64,000 nucleotides of DNA, from NCBI GenBank assembly GCA_041664745.1, contig JBAYKD010000002.1, positions 6,126-70,125 of the forward strand, written 5' to 3'. The stretch is from Minisyncoccota bacterium. Lineage in GTDB: Bacteria > Patescibacteriota > Minisyncoccia > Phycocordibacterales > UBA9973. Position 1 is the first letter of the stretch. Each line of letters opens with the position of its first letter. The translations under genes were made by a program, and so were the position numbers. Under the pieces are notes generated by a model. That model searched no databases. It was not told where the DNA came from and saw only the letters and a program-made list of their open reading frames with translations. Of this stretch, positions 53,395 through 62,773 are shown piece by piece.

Positions 53395-54132
53395 TTATTT
53401 ATTTAAAAAATCATTCATATTAAAAAATCCCTTCTTATCTTTCAGCCACTCTGCCACCTTTACGGCTCCCAACGCATACCCACCTCGGTCACGAGCATTG
53501 TGGATGATGGTTATAGAATCCGAAGGAGAATCAAAACTGATAGTATGGTTGAAGTTTATGGCTCCACCACGAGTAGAAGAGAAGTGAATTTCATTGGGGT
53601 TTATTTTCCTATCTAATTTATCATAGATGACTTCGGTTTTCCTTTTAACATTTTCCAATAATATTTTAGATATTTCTTTGGCTGTGCCTGAAGGCGAGTC
53701 GACTTTATTATTGTGATGAAGTTCATTGCCCCAGATATCATATTCGTCATATTGATTTACCAGTTCGGCTGCCTTGGCGATAACTTTATAATACATATTT
53801 ACACCGATAGAGAAATTCGCAGACCAGAGTACTCCTATTCCACTTTCTTTTGCAATCTTTTCTACTTCTCCCATTTGTTCATACCAGCCAGTCGTGCCGA
53901 TTATCAAATTTTTCTTAAAAGAGGCGCAGACTTTTACATTCTCTAAGACGGCAGTTGCACTAGAGAAATCTATAACTATATCTGCATCTTTCAAGTCTGC
54001 TTCATTTATATTTTTGAAAGTTGCTTCTTTGCTTATTGGATCAACGATGACGTTTACAATATGCCCTCGTTTTTCTGCGATTTCTTTTATCTTAATACCC
54101 ATAAAGCCAAAGCCAATAATAGCGATATTCAT
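53395..54132 (-). CDS. dapB: 4-hydroxy-tetrahydrodipicolinate reductase
   Basis: Start at MNIAIIGFGFMG (Rossmann GxGxxG). Motifs ELHHNNKVDSPSGTA and a DapB C-terminal domain. Confidence 0.85.
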   Translation of the reverse strand: MNIAIIGFGFMGIKIKEIAEKRGHIVNVIVDPISKEATFKNINEADLKDADIVIDFSSATAVLENVKVCASFKKNLIIGTTGWYEQMGEVEKIAKESGIGVLWSANFSIGVNMYYKVIAKAAELVNQYDEYDIWGNELHHNNKVDSPSGTAKEISKILLENVKRKTEVIYDKLDRKINPNEIHFSSTRGGAINFNHTISFDSPSDSITIIHNARDRGGYALGAVKVAEWLKDKKGFFNMNDFLNK

Positions 54133-54222
54133 ATATCCGAATTCTATCAAAAATAGGCGTTTATAGCAAAAAACTATTTTTTCTCAATTTCTTAAATTTT
54201 TATATTTTGGTATGATAAGAAG

Positions 54223-55110
54223 ATGGCTCAAGATACCGAGGAAATAAAAAATGAAATAGAGAAACTTGAAGCGGAGATGACGCAAGGGAATTTCTGGGAA
54301 GATAAAGTGAAAGCTCAAGCGACAATCAGGCAGATATCTTCATTGAAAGATGAATTACTTGGCGCTCATAAATACGACAAAGGAAATGCAATTCTTTCTA
54401 TTCTCTCTGGTGCCGGTGGTGATGATGCGGAAGATTTTTCCGCTATGTTGCTTCGTATGTATTTGAAATATATTGAGAGGAAGGGTTGGCAGGTTGCACT
54501 TATACACGAAAATAAGAATGATGTCGGTGGGTATAGGAATATTACCTTAGAAGTATTAGGGAAGGGGACCTATGGTACGCTCAAGAATGAGTCTGGTGTT
54601 CATCGTCTCATTCGTATTTCACCTTTTAATGCGAAATCACTTCGCCACACATCTTTTTCTTTGGTGGAAGTAGTACCAAAATTAGAGAAGAATGATAATG
54701 CCATAGAAATACCACCTGAGGATTTAAAGATTGAATTCTCAAAGTCTGGTGGTCCTGGAGGTCAGAATGTAAATAAAAGGGAGACAGCCGTCAGGATTAT
54801 TCACTTACCTACCAATATATCTGTCCATGTCACAACCGAGCGTTCCCAAGAGCAGAACAGAGAACGCGCCATAGAGATACTAAAAGGCAAGCTTTATAAG
54901 AAACGAGAAGTTGACAAACTTAAAGAAAAGGCTGGTTTATCACCTACGAAGATGACAGAGATAGAATGGGGGAGCCAAATCCGCTCATATGTGCTTCATC
55001 CTTACAAGATGGTCAAGGATCATAGGACTAGTGTAGAAACGAATGATGTTGACTCTGTGCTCGAAAGTGGCATGATTGATGAATTTATTGTAGCTGAAGT
55101 CGATTTGTGA
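54223..55110 (+). CDS. prfB: peptide chain release factor 2 (compact, no programmed frameshift)
   Basis: SPF tripeptide (RISPFNAK) and GGQ loop (SGGPGGQNVNK). At 295 aa it lacks most of domain 1. Confidence 0.9.
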   Translation: MAQDTEEIKNEIEKLEAEMTQGNFWEDKVKAQATIRQISSLKDELLGAHKYDKGNAILSILSGAGGDDAEDFSAMLLRMYLKYIERKGWQVALIHENKNDVGGYRNITLEVLGKGTYGTLKNESGVHRLIRISPFNAKSLRHTSFSLVEVVPKLEKNDNAIEIPPEDLKIEFSKSGGPGGQNVNKRETAVRIIHLPTNISVHVTTERSQEQNRERAIEILKGKLYKKREVDKLKEKAGLSPTKMTEIEWGSQIRSYVLHPYKMVKDHRTSVETNDVDSVLESGMIDEFIVAEVDL

Positions 55111-55126
55111 TAAAATTAGGAAATTG

Positions 55127-55804
55127 ATGATTTACTTTGATAATGTAACAAAAAAATACAAAGATAATTATTCACTTGAGGAGATTACTCTATCCATCGC
55201 TCAGGGGGAATTCGTTTCCATCGTGGGGCACTCAGGTGCTGGCAAGACGACTTTGACCAAGCTTATTCTAGCCGAGGAAGCTCCTACTTCAGGAACTGTC
55301 TCTTTTGAATCTACTGATATACACAGGCTTTCTAAAAAAGACCTAATGAATTTCCGACGCAAGGTAGGGACAGTTTTCCAAGATTTCCGTCTTTTGCCAG
55401 GGCGTACGGCTTACGAGAATATAGCTTTCGCTATGGAAGCAACGGGGAAGAGCGATGAAGACATCATGGAGGACGTTCCCCATGTACTTGAGCTTGTAGA
55501 TCTTACCAATAGAGCTTTCCATTTCCCTCACCAGCTCTCAGGTGGAGAGAAGCAGCGCCTCGCTATTGCTCGCGCTATCATTACCCAGCCTGATATTATT
55601 ATTGCTGATGAGCCGACAGGAAATCTTGATCCGATGAATGCGATGGAAGTTATAAATATACTTAAGAAAATTAATGATTTAGGGACGACGGTGATACTGA
55701 CCACCCACAATAAGGGACTGGTGGATGGAATTAAAAAGCGAGTTATTACTCTTGAAAATGGACGTGTTATAAGGGATGATAAAGAAGGTAAGTATGTGTT
55801 ATAA
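55127..55804 (+). CDS. ftsE: cell-division ABC transporter ATP-binding protein FtsE
   Basis: Walker [10 protein letters not shown], signature LSGGEKQR, and Walker [13 protein letters not shown]. It lies upstream of ftsX. Confidence 0.9.
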   Translation: MIYFDNVTKKYKDNYSLEEITLSIAQGEFVSIVGHSGAGKTTLTKLILAEEAPTSGTVSFESTDIHRLSKKDLMNFRRKVGTVFQDFRLLPGRTAYENIAFAMEATGKSDEDIMEDVPHVLELVDLTNRAFHFPHQLSGGEKQRLAIARAIITQPDIIIADEPTGNLDPMNAMEVINILKKINDLGTTVILTTHNKGLVDGIKKRVITLENGRVIRDDKEGKYVL

Positions 55805-55813
55805 TTAAACTAT

Positions 55814-56737
55814 ATGATAATTCACTCTAGAAGAATAGTAAGAACAGGATGGTACAACTTTATACGTAGTGGCTTTACTTCAATTGCCAGTATTCTTATC
55901 ATGACCATCACTCTTTTTGTGATAACTTCTCTTATCTTTGTTCAAGCAGCTCTCAATGCATCACTCAATGACATAAAAGAAAAGGTAGACGTCACTGTTT
56001 ACTTTCTACCAGGGGCAGAAGAAGTAGCTATTCAAAAAGTTGAGGATTCTCTTTCTAAATTACCTGAAGTTAAAAGTGTGACTTATACATCTGCGGTAGA
56101 AGCACTCACTAACTTCAAGGATAAACATGGTAATGATTACCTCACTTTGCAGGCTCTAGATGAGCTCAATAGTAATCCACTAGGAGCATCACTCAATGTA
56201 AAAGCTAATGATCCTTCTCAATATGAAAGTATCGCCAATTATTTTGAAAATGATAGTGCTATATCTAAAGGCAGCCTCACTATTATAGACAAAGTGGATT
56301 ACCATCAAAATAAATTAGTCATAGATAGGCTTACTTCTATTATCAAAGGAGCTCGCAGTCTTGGCTTTATCGTTTCTCTATTTCTGATTCTTATTTCTAT
56401 TATTATTACTTTCAATACTATACGTCTCATTATTTATATGTCCAAAGATGAGATTTCAGTTATGAAGCTGGTAGGCGCAGGGTCTCGTTACGTCCAAGGT
56501 CCGTTCATTGTTTCTGGTGTTTTGGTTGGAATCTGTGCATCTCTTTTAGCTATACTCATATTCATTCCTATTTCTATTTGGCTCGGGAATAATATGACTG
56601 ACTTTATTGGTATTAATTTATATCAATACTACAAATCAAACTTCTTACAATTATTTATTATAATGCTTGGTTCTGGTGTACTTCTTGGAGGTATTTCTAG
56701 CTTCTTTGCTATTAGCAGATACTTAAGAAAAAAGTAA
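55814..56737 (+). CDS. ftsX: cell-division permease-like protein FtsX
   Basis: One TM helix, a periplasmic-type domain, and three C-terminal TM helices, with the MKLVGA motif (ISVMKLVGAGSRYV). Confidence 0.85.
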   Translation: MIIHSRRIVRTGWYNFIRSGFTSIASILIMTITLFVITSLIFVQAALNASLNDIKEKVDVTVYFLPGAEEVAIQKVEDSLSKLPEVKSVTYTSAVEALTNFKDKHGNDYLTLQALDELNSNPLGASLNVKANDPSQYESIANYFENDSAISKGSLTIIDKVDYHQNKLVIDRLTSIIKGARSLGFIVSLFLILISIIITFNTIRLIIYMSKDEISVMKLVGAGSRYVQGPFIVSGVLVGICASLLAILIFIPISIWLGNNMTDFIGINLYQYYKSNFLQLFIIMLGSGVLLGGISSFFAISRYLRKK

Positions 56738-56739
56738 AT

Positions 56740-58419
56740 ATGAAAAAAGCACCAGACGAAAAGCTAGAAAAAAAATTATCTAACTGTAAGTATATATTTG
56801 TAGTTGGTGGAGTTATTTCAGGCGTCGGTAAGGGAGTCACTGCTTCATCTCTCGCTCGTATTCTCTCTGACAGAGGTCAGATTGTGACAGCTATAAAGAT
56901 TGATCCATATATAAATATAGACGCAGGAACCATGAATCCAACGGAGCATGGCGAAGTTTTCGTCCTTGATGATGGAGATGAAACTGATCAGGATATGGGT
57001 AACTATGAACGCTTCCTAGGAGTGGATCTTTCTCGTGCGAACTATATGACGACGGGGCGTGTATATCAGAGCGTCATCGAAAGGGAGAGAAATCTAGAAT
57101 ACGATGGTGCTTGCGTGCAAGTCGTTCCACATATTCCACTTGAAGTGATTAACCGCATAGAGAATGCACGTGCGAAAGTAAATGCAGATGTAGTCATTAT
57201 AGAGATTGGCGGTACAGTGGGGGAATACGAGAACATTCTTTTCCTTGAAGCTGCTCGCTTGATGAAGCTTCGCATGCCGAACCATGTATTCTTCGTCATG
57301 GTTTCTTACTTACCAATACCAAGCAATGTGGGCGAAATGAAAACCAAGCCGACTCAGCATGCCGTCCGAACTTTGAACTCTTCTGGAATTCAGCCGGACA
57401 TTATCGTTGCTCGTAGTAAAATGCCGTTAGATGATAAAAGGAAAGAAAAGATTTCTATGTTTTGTAACATTCCGAAGGAGAATATTATCTCTGCGCCCGA
57501 TGTTGCTAGTATCTACGATATACCAGTAAACTTTGAGAAGGAAGGATTGGGCGATATGATCTGCAACAAGATAGACATGGTCTGTGGTCCAGCCTTAAAT
57601 GCTGGCTCTACAAAATGGAAAAAGTTTGCAAAATCCACACATGTGAAGAACAATGTAGTGAATATTGCAATCGTTGGTAAATATTTCAACACAGGAGACT
57701 TTACACTTTCAGATTCATACCTTTCTGTTATCGAAGCTATTAAATATTCTTCATATAAATCAGGTAGTAGGCCAGTCCTCACTTGGATATCATCGATGGA
57801 CTTTGAGAAGAATCCAAAATCCATCAAAAATTTGTCCAAGTACGACGGGATTATTGTTCCTGGCGGATTCGGGACAAGAGGTATAGAAGGAATAATAAAG
57901 ACGATAGAATTTGCTCGAAAGAATAAAATTCCTTACTTTGGTTTATGTTATGGTATGCAGCTTATGGTCATCGAGTACGCTCGTAATATTCTAGGCATCA
58001 AGGATGCTACGACTCGTGAAGTGAATCCGAATTCTAATAGTTTAGTCATAGATATTATGGAGGATCAGAAGGCAAAAGTAGAGAATAAAAAGATGGGCGG
58101 TAGCATGCGCTTGGGTGCATATTCTGCAAATCTTAAGAAGGGTACAATTGCCCAAATGGCCTATAAATCATCATCCATTAGCGAACGTCATAGACACCGC
58201 TATGAGGTCTCAAATGCTTACAGAGAGGCTCTAGAGGACGCAGGGCTCGTATTCTCAGGAGTATCTCCTGATGGGAAGCTTTGCGAGATTGCCGAGCTTC
58301 CAGCCGACAAGCATCCATTCTTCCTAGGCACACAATTCCACCCAGAATTCAAAGCGCGCCCTCTTTCCCCACACCCACTTTTCACTGCATTCATCAAAGC
58401 TTGTCAGAAGAATAAGTAG
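56740..58419 (+). CDS. pyrG: CTP synthase
   Basis: KYIFVVGGVISGVGKG, a glutamine amidotransferase domain with GLCYGMQ, and HRHRYEV. Confidence 0.97.
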   Translation: MKKAPDEKLEKKLSNCKYIFVVGGVISGVGKGVTASSLARILSDRGQIVTAIKIDPYINIDAGTMNPTEHGEVFVLDDGDETDQDMGNYERFLGVDLSRANYMTTGRVYQSVIERERNLEYDGACVQVVPHIPLEVINRIENARAKVNADVVIIEIGGTVGEYENILFLEAARLMKLRMPNHVFFVMVSYLPIPSNVGEMKTKPTQHAVRTLNSSGIQPDIIVARSKMPLDDKRKEKISMFCNIPKENIISAPDVASIYDIPVNFEKEGLGDMICNKIDMVCGPALNAGSTKWKKFAKSTHVKNNVVNIAIVGKYFNTGDFTLSDSYLSVIEAIKYSSYKSGSRPVLTWISSMDFEKNPKSIKNLSKYDGIIVPGGFGTRGIEGIIKTIEFARKNKIPYFGLCYGMQLMVIEYARNILGIKDATTREVNPNSNSLVIDIMEDQKAKVENKKMGGSMRLGAYSANLKKGTIAQMAYKSSSISERHRHRYEVSNAYREALEDAGLVFSGVSPDGKLCEIAELPADKHPFFLGTQFHPEFKARPLSPHPLFTAFIKACQKNK

Positions 58420-58458
58420 ACCCCTCCGCCTATGGCACCTCCCCTTAGCAGGGGAGGA
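58420..58458 (+). repeat. GC-rich C-tract/G-tract hairpin element (family B), immediately after the pyrG stop
   Basis: GACCCCTCCGCCTATGGCACCTCCCCTTAGCAGGGGAGG, with stem CCTCCCC/GGGGAGG. It is collinear with the reverse complement of 33262..33324. Confidence 0.65.
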
Positions 58459-58468
58459 AAAATACAAA

Positions 58469-58587
58469 AACACGTAATAAAAATGTTCTCGAGCGAACCC
58501 TTACGGAGGCCGACGGGCCGAGTACGAGCAAAAAATTCAACAGAATTTTATTGTGTGGTGAGTCCGAGAATGTTTTTATGGAGTGTT
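58469..58587 (-). repeat. about 119-nt palindromic intergenic element, copy 3 (inverted orientation)
   Basis: Its reverse complement differs from copy 1 (6792..6910) at only a handful of positions. Confidence 0.85.
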
Positions 58588-58603
58588 TTTTAAATTGTGA
58601 TAC

Positions 58604-59329
58604 CTAGTTCAGCTCGTCCTCTCCATTTCGTATTTTGCTTTTCTTTATGATGTCGAGAACTTGATCCATATCATCAGTTATTACACATCTATCTATATCA
58701 AATTGTGATATAGTTTTATATTTTTCTATGAATTGTTCTTGGATTAAATTTTTTATAGGAGTCCAGAATTCTGTACCGAATAGAACTATAGGTATTGGGC
58801 CTATCTTGCCAGTCTGTAGGTGAGTGAGCATTTCGAAGAATTCATACATCGTGCCTGTACCTCCTGCACAGTATATACAAGCTTCAGTTGTGTATTGCAT
58901 GGAAACTTGTCGAGCGAAAAAGAAATGAAAAGGAATCTCTTTGGTCACATAAGGGTTCGTGAATTGTTCTTTGGGAAGTTTGATGGTGAGACCGATGGAT
59001 TCTACTCCGGCGTCGAAGGCTCCTTTGTTTGCAGCTTCCATTATTCCACCTCCTCCACCTGACATAACGATGTAGCCTAATTCTTTAGCTATTCTATAAG
59101 ATAAATTATAAGCCTTGATATACTCAGGATGGTCAGACTTTAGTCTTGCTGAACCATAGAAAGTAACCGAAGGACCTAGATTCGTCATTGCATCTATCCC
59201 TTGGCGGAATTCTCCCTCTATCATGCAGAGCTTTGCTTCCTCGCCATCTTTACCGGCTAGAGTTATGCAACCATTTTTAATATCATCCGCTGTTATGTGC
59301 CTAGGCTCATATTTTATTTCTGTTGTCAT
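58604..59329 (-). CDS. LOG-family / TIGR00730 Rossmann-fold nucleotide-binding protein (lysine-decarboxylase-like)
   Basis: VMSGGGGGIMEAANKGA and CAGGTGTMYEFFE (PGGxGTxxE-type motif). Confidence 0.8.
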   Translation of the reverse strand: MTTEIKYEPRHITADDIKNGCITLAGKDGEEAKLCMIEGEFRQGIDAMTNLGPSVTFYGSARLKSDHPEYIKAYNLSYRIAKELGYIVMSGGGGGIMEAANKGAFDAGVESIGLTIKLPKEQFTNPYVTKEIPFHFFFARQVSMQYTTEACIYCAGGTGTMYEFFEMLTHLQTGKIGPIPIVLFGTEFWTPIKNLIQEQFIEKYKTISQFDIDRCVITDDMDQVLDIIKKSKIRNGEDELN

Positions 59330-59471
59330 AGGTCTTATTCTACCGCAAAAATTCCTTTAATTCAAACTGTCTTTTTTACCATTTTGTGGTAATATGTTGG
59401 TGTTGATGGGTCTTGAGATTCTAAAAGGGAAGTTAGAAGATTTTTTAAAAAATAATATTTGTACCCAAAGC

Positions 59472-59542
59472 TGCGGGATCGTCTAATGGTAGGACCGCAG
59501 TTTCTGGAACTGTGTATTTAGGTTCGAATCCTAGTCCCGCAG
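59472..59542 (+). tRNA. tRNA-Gln (CUG)
   Basis: U1:A72 acceptor TGCGGGA/TCCCGCA, D-loop TCTAATGGTAGGA, anticodon arm GCAGT-TTCTGGA-ACTGT, T-loop TTCGAAT, discriminator G. Confidence 0.88.
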
Positions 59543-59559
59543 CTTTGGGTGTAAATAAA

Positions 59560-59760
59560 GTAGTCGCCTCATCGGCGACCCGCCGAGAAGGCGGGGACAC
59601 TCCCTCTGGAGGAGGTTATCTTGGTTCTATGTATACCGAAGAGGCATAGAGTCCAAGCCTCCCAGCTCTGCAAATAAAAATAGACAATAGGCCCTCTGGA
59701 GGAGTCAATTTTGTTAATGTTTGGGAAACGTACTTGTTGTCCAAGCCCGACATCAAGGTT
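59560..59760 (+). ncRNA. candidate structured RNA / repeat region of unknown class downstream of tRNA-Gln
   Basis: There are three consecutive GC hairpins (GTCGCC-TCATC-GGCGAC, CCGCC-GAGAA-GGCGG, CTCC-CTCTG-GAGG). They are followed by a ~90-nt two-fold pattern [CCCTCTGGAGGAG ... GTCCAAGCC] at 59602/59692 and 59651/59739. No ORF is present. Confidence 0.3.
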
Positions 59761-59805
59761 ATATAAAATAAGTATTATCTTTATTAAAGTTAGCTGTAAT
59801 TATGT

Positions 59806-60606
59806 ATGATAATAAAAGAACTGTTTAATCAAGTTAGAGATTTTTTAGGAGAAAATAATGAATTAGTTGAGTCAACGAATATTGCTATAAAAGAACGCAT
59901 GATCTCTCCTTTTTATGGATATTTTATTTGTTCATGGTTTCTTTTTAATTGGAAAATTTTTTATGTAGCTTTTTTTGTAAGTCAAGATAATATTATTTCA
60001 CAGACTGGTTTATTAAGACATCAATATTTACAAAAAATATTTCCTATTTTAGGAAGTCTAGACTTTTGGTGTTATTTTGTAATATATCCTTTCGTTTCAA
60101 CAATAATTTTCTTTTGGATTTTTCCATATATAACTAGGGTTTATTATAGAAAAAGTTTAAAGAACGAAAAAGCTCTTAAGAAAATTCAAATTCAGGAAAG
60201 CATAGAAATTAAAAAAGAAGAGAAAAAGTTAATACAAGAAGAAACTCGTATTATAGATGAAAATATAAGAAAAGCAAAGCAAGAGAAAAGAGCGCAAACA
60301 GAGACACCGGAAATATTATGGGAAAACGAATTTGCAAATTTCAGAAGAAGTTCTTTATTTAGAAAGTTTGATCACATATTAGATTCTATTTATAAATATG
60401 CTGGCTTAATTAGAGTTAAGGGTAATTTTTATGGTCAATATGAGTTTGAATTAGAACGTGATATTTTAATTTTTGCCGACTCTAACGATCTTATAAAAAT
60501 TAATGGTGATTCTATATTATTTACCGACAAGGGAAAGTTTTTTGCAAAAAGATATTCTCAAATAAAAGGAGGTGTTATTGTTACAACAAATACAGCACAA
60601 GCGTAA
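59806..60606 (+). CDS. hypothetical membrane protein with coiled-coil segment
   Basis: 266-aa ORF with 3 TM helices in the N-terminal half, then a KE-rich helix and a small C-terminal domain. Confidence 0.5.
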   Translation: MIIKELFNQVRDFLGENNELVESTNIAIKERMISPFYGYFICSWFLFNWKIFYVAFFVSQDNIISQTGLLRHQYLQKIFPILGSLDFWCYFVIYPFVSTIIFFWIFPYITRVYYRKSLKNEKALKKIQIQESIEIKKEEKKLIQEETRIIDENIRKAKQEKRAQTETPEILWENEFANFRRSSLFRKFDHILDSIYKYAGLIRVKGNFYGQYEFELERDILIFADSNDLIKINGDSILFTDKGKFFAKRYSQIKGGVIVTTNTAQA

Positions 60607-60664
60607 ATTTATTTAATTTGACTTTAAATTTTTATGAAAATTTTTTAAGTATATAGCAAGAACC

Positions 60665-60693
60665 TATATAGCAAGGACCGTCCTTGCTATATA
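60665..60693. repeat. perfect 29-nt palindrome TATATAGCAAGGAC-C-GTCCTTGCTATATA (TAGCAAGGACC family)
   Basis: Perfect dyad, preceded by an extra half-site TATAGCAAGAACC at 60652..60664. It lies between convergent genes. Confidence 0.8.
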
Positions 60694-60843
60694 AAGAAGC
60701 AAAAAATCCTCATAAGGGTTTTGGAATAATGGTAGAAAAAACTTGGTATTGGTACGAAAATTGGTTAGATTTTGTAAAAAAACACTGCAAAGATAATAAG
60801 CAACTTTACTTGCAAACTAATATTAAGGATTACATTTATTAAT

Positions 60844-61695
60844 TTAAAGAAAAAGATTTTTTTGACTCAATTCTTTTTCTTGTTTCTCTTTTAATTCTTT
60901 TAGTTCATTTTTGTGGCGTTTCTTTATTTGTTCAATATCTTCTGCTGGGGGAAGATCTTCAGGAAAGATATCCGTTTTAGTTAAAGCCTCTCTGATATTT
61001 TTATTATTACTTTTGTGTTCCTCATTTATTTTATTAACACCATAAAGATTCTTTTTGCGAGTATTTTCTGTTGTCATAGCAGTTGCTAGATCTTTTGCTT
61101 TTAGAGTTACATTTGGAAGAAAGTTGGCTAAGGGTTTGTTAGCGGGAATATCCATTTTTTCTTTTAGTCTTAGGGTTGATAATCCACCAAATAATTCTTT
61201 ATCTCCCTCACTTCGAATTATTGCAATTCCTTTATCATCAACACCTTGAGAAAATAGAGTAAAAGCAAAGTCTTTCTCTGTAATTTTTAATTTATCACGT
61301 GTTTCTAGACGTGCAAATTCTTCCATTTTTGCCTGTAAAACCTCAAGACGTCTCGTCTGTGTAACGAAATAGGCTTGAGCAAATGCAATCTCTTGTCTGT
61401 GAGGGTCGCCATTTATAGCTATTAAATAACAAGCATAACGTCTTAATTTAATATCATCAATACTTTTCTCTTCTGTTGGGTATTGATCTAGAAAATGATT
61501 TTCTGGATTTCCTCCTGCGTTTAAACAGGCCAATTTAGCTTGTTTAATAACAGGAATAAAGGTTTCCCACTTAGAATAGCCCAATGCAAGATAAAGTTCT
61601 CTTGCGTACCAAAAATCAGCCCCAGATTCATCTGTGTGTCTTATATCATCTAATGTCACAAAAAGCATTTTTAGTTGCCCAGATTCCATATTCAA
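60844..61695 (-). CDS. dinD: DNA-damage-inducible protein D-like (DinD / Bro-N-type)
   Basis: Collinear with the DinD pattern: ...WYARELYLALGYSKWETFIPVIKQAKLACLNAG, LRRYACYLIAINGDP, and AQAYFVTQTRR. Confidence 0.7.
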   Translation of the reverse strand: MNMESGQLKMLFVTLDDIRHTDESGADFWYARELYLALGYSKWETFIPVIKQAKLACLNAGGNPENHFLDQYPTEEKSIDDIKLRRYACYLIAINGDPHRQEIAFAQAYFVTQTRRLEVLQAKMEEFARLETRDKLKITEKDFAFTLFSQGVDDKGIAIIRSEGDKELFGGLSTLRLKEKMDIPANKPLANFLPNVTLKAKDLATAMTTENTRKKNLYGVNKINEEHKSNNKNIREALTKTDIFPEDLPPAEDIEQIKKRHKNELKELKEKQEKELSQKNLFL

Positions 61696-61897
61696 TAATT
61701 ATACCTGATCTAACTAAAAATACCACCCGTTTAATGCAATAAAACATCTTTCACTTTTGTCACATTTTAAGTCGCTCGAGATACATAGTTTTAGTATAAT
61801 AAAAGTAACCCAAATAGCATTATGGGGTAATAAATTAAAAGGTCCTAACTCGAGACGGCTAGCAGACTTTTTAAGTCTGTTTTGGTATAATAAACTT

Positions 61898-62260
61898 ATG
61901 CAAAAACTAATAAAGATTGATAATATAATGTTTTACGTAAAAGACCTTGATAAATCTATTAATTTTTATTCAAATATTCTTGGGTTGGAACAGATTTGGA
62001 AAGATGAAAAAAATAAAATGGTTGGATTTGTTTTTCCAAATACAAAACAAGAAATTGTTATTCATTCAAATCCTTCTATTTCAAATCCAGATTTTAGTTT
62101 CTTGGTTTCAGATGTTGAAGATTTTGTAAAGAATTATAAAGAAAATGGATTCAATGTTATAAAAGAACCTTTTAATGTTAGGTGTGGAAGGTTTGCCATA
62201 CTAGCAGATTTAGATGGAAATGTTATAAATATAATTGATTTTTCTTTGAAAGAAAATTAA
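61898..62260 (+). CDS. VOC/glyoxalase-family protein
   Basis: Start at ATG 61898, downstream of the TGGTATAAT extended -10. Motifs IDNIMFYVKDLDKSINFYSNILGLE and a C-terminal GRFAILADLDGNVI. Confidence 0.75.
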   Translation: MQKLIKIDNIMFYVKDLDKSINFYSNILGLEQIWKDEKNKMVGFVFPNTKQEIVIHSNPSISNPDFSFLVSDVEDFVKNYKENGFNVIKEPFNVRCGRFAILADLDGNVINIIDFSLKEN

Positions 62261-62263
62261 TTT

Positions 62264-62686
62264 ATGATAAAAGTTGATTTTTACGATTTAAATACAATAG
62301 AAGAAGACAAACTTGGATTTGCTGTTATTATGGCTAGATATAATAACAAATGGATATATGCTAAACATAAACAAAGGGATACTTGGGAGATTCCAGGTGG
62401 ACATAGAGAAAATCTTGAAAAAATAGAAGCGTGTGCTTTTAGAGAATTAGTTGAAGAAACAGGAGCAGATAAATTCAAACTAACTCCATTATGTATTTAT
62501 TCAGTCGATAAAGATGGAGTAAAAGATTTTGGCCAGATATTTTGTGCTGAAGTTGAAAATCTAAATAAGTTACCAGATTCCGAAATAGAAAGAATAGAAT
62601 TTTTTGATAATATACCAGATAATTTAACTTATCCATTAATCCAGCCTTTTATTTTTAAAAAAGCCTTAGAAATTTTAAAACAATAA
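62264..62686 (+). CDS. NUDIX hydrolase
   Basis: Nudix box GGHRENLEKIEACAFRELVEETGA. Confidence 0.85.
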   Translation: MIKVDFYDLNTIEEDKLGFAVIMARYNNKWIYAKHKQRDTWEIPGGHRENLEKIEACAFRELVEETGADKFKLTPLCIYSVDKDGVKDFGQIFCAEVENLNKLPDSEIERIEFFDNIPDNLTYPLIQPFIFKKALEILKQ

Positions 62687-62694
62687 AAATACAA

Positions 62695-62732
62695 AGTAGC
62701 AAGGACCAAAGTATCAAGGACGGTCCTTGCTA
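62695..62732. repeat. split TAGCAAGGACC palindrome (11-bp arms, 14-nt spacer)
   Basis: The arm TAGCAAGGACC (within AGTAGCAAGGACC at 62695..62707) pairs with GGTCCTTGCTA (62722..62732). Extra CAAGGAC copies lie at about 62716 and 62747. Confidence 0.75.
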
Positions 62733-62773
62733 TCCTTATCTTATACAAGGACGATTTATGTTATAATAAATTC

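Noticed and set aside
54151-54330. Programmed +1 frameshift site in prfB.
   Set aside because: I looked upstream and at the start of the ORF for a short ORF ending in a CTT-TGA-C type site and found none. The ORF starts with a plausible ATG and is continuous.
59560-59760. RNase P RNA, SRP RNA or 6S RNA in the GC-rich region after tRNA-Gln.
   Set aside because: The universally conserved RNase P core (GAGGAAAGUCC) and the SRP domain IV motifs (GGAA tetraloop with AGCA/GGAAG context) are absent. There is no long terminal helix pairing the two ends as expected for 6S RNA.
60729-60842. 37-aa ORF (MVEKTWYWYENWLDFVKKHCKDNKQLYLQTNIKDYIY) between the palindrome and the dinD-like gene.
   Set aside because: It is short with no supporting signal, and its end abuts the convergent gene. 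There is insufficient evidence to call it.
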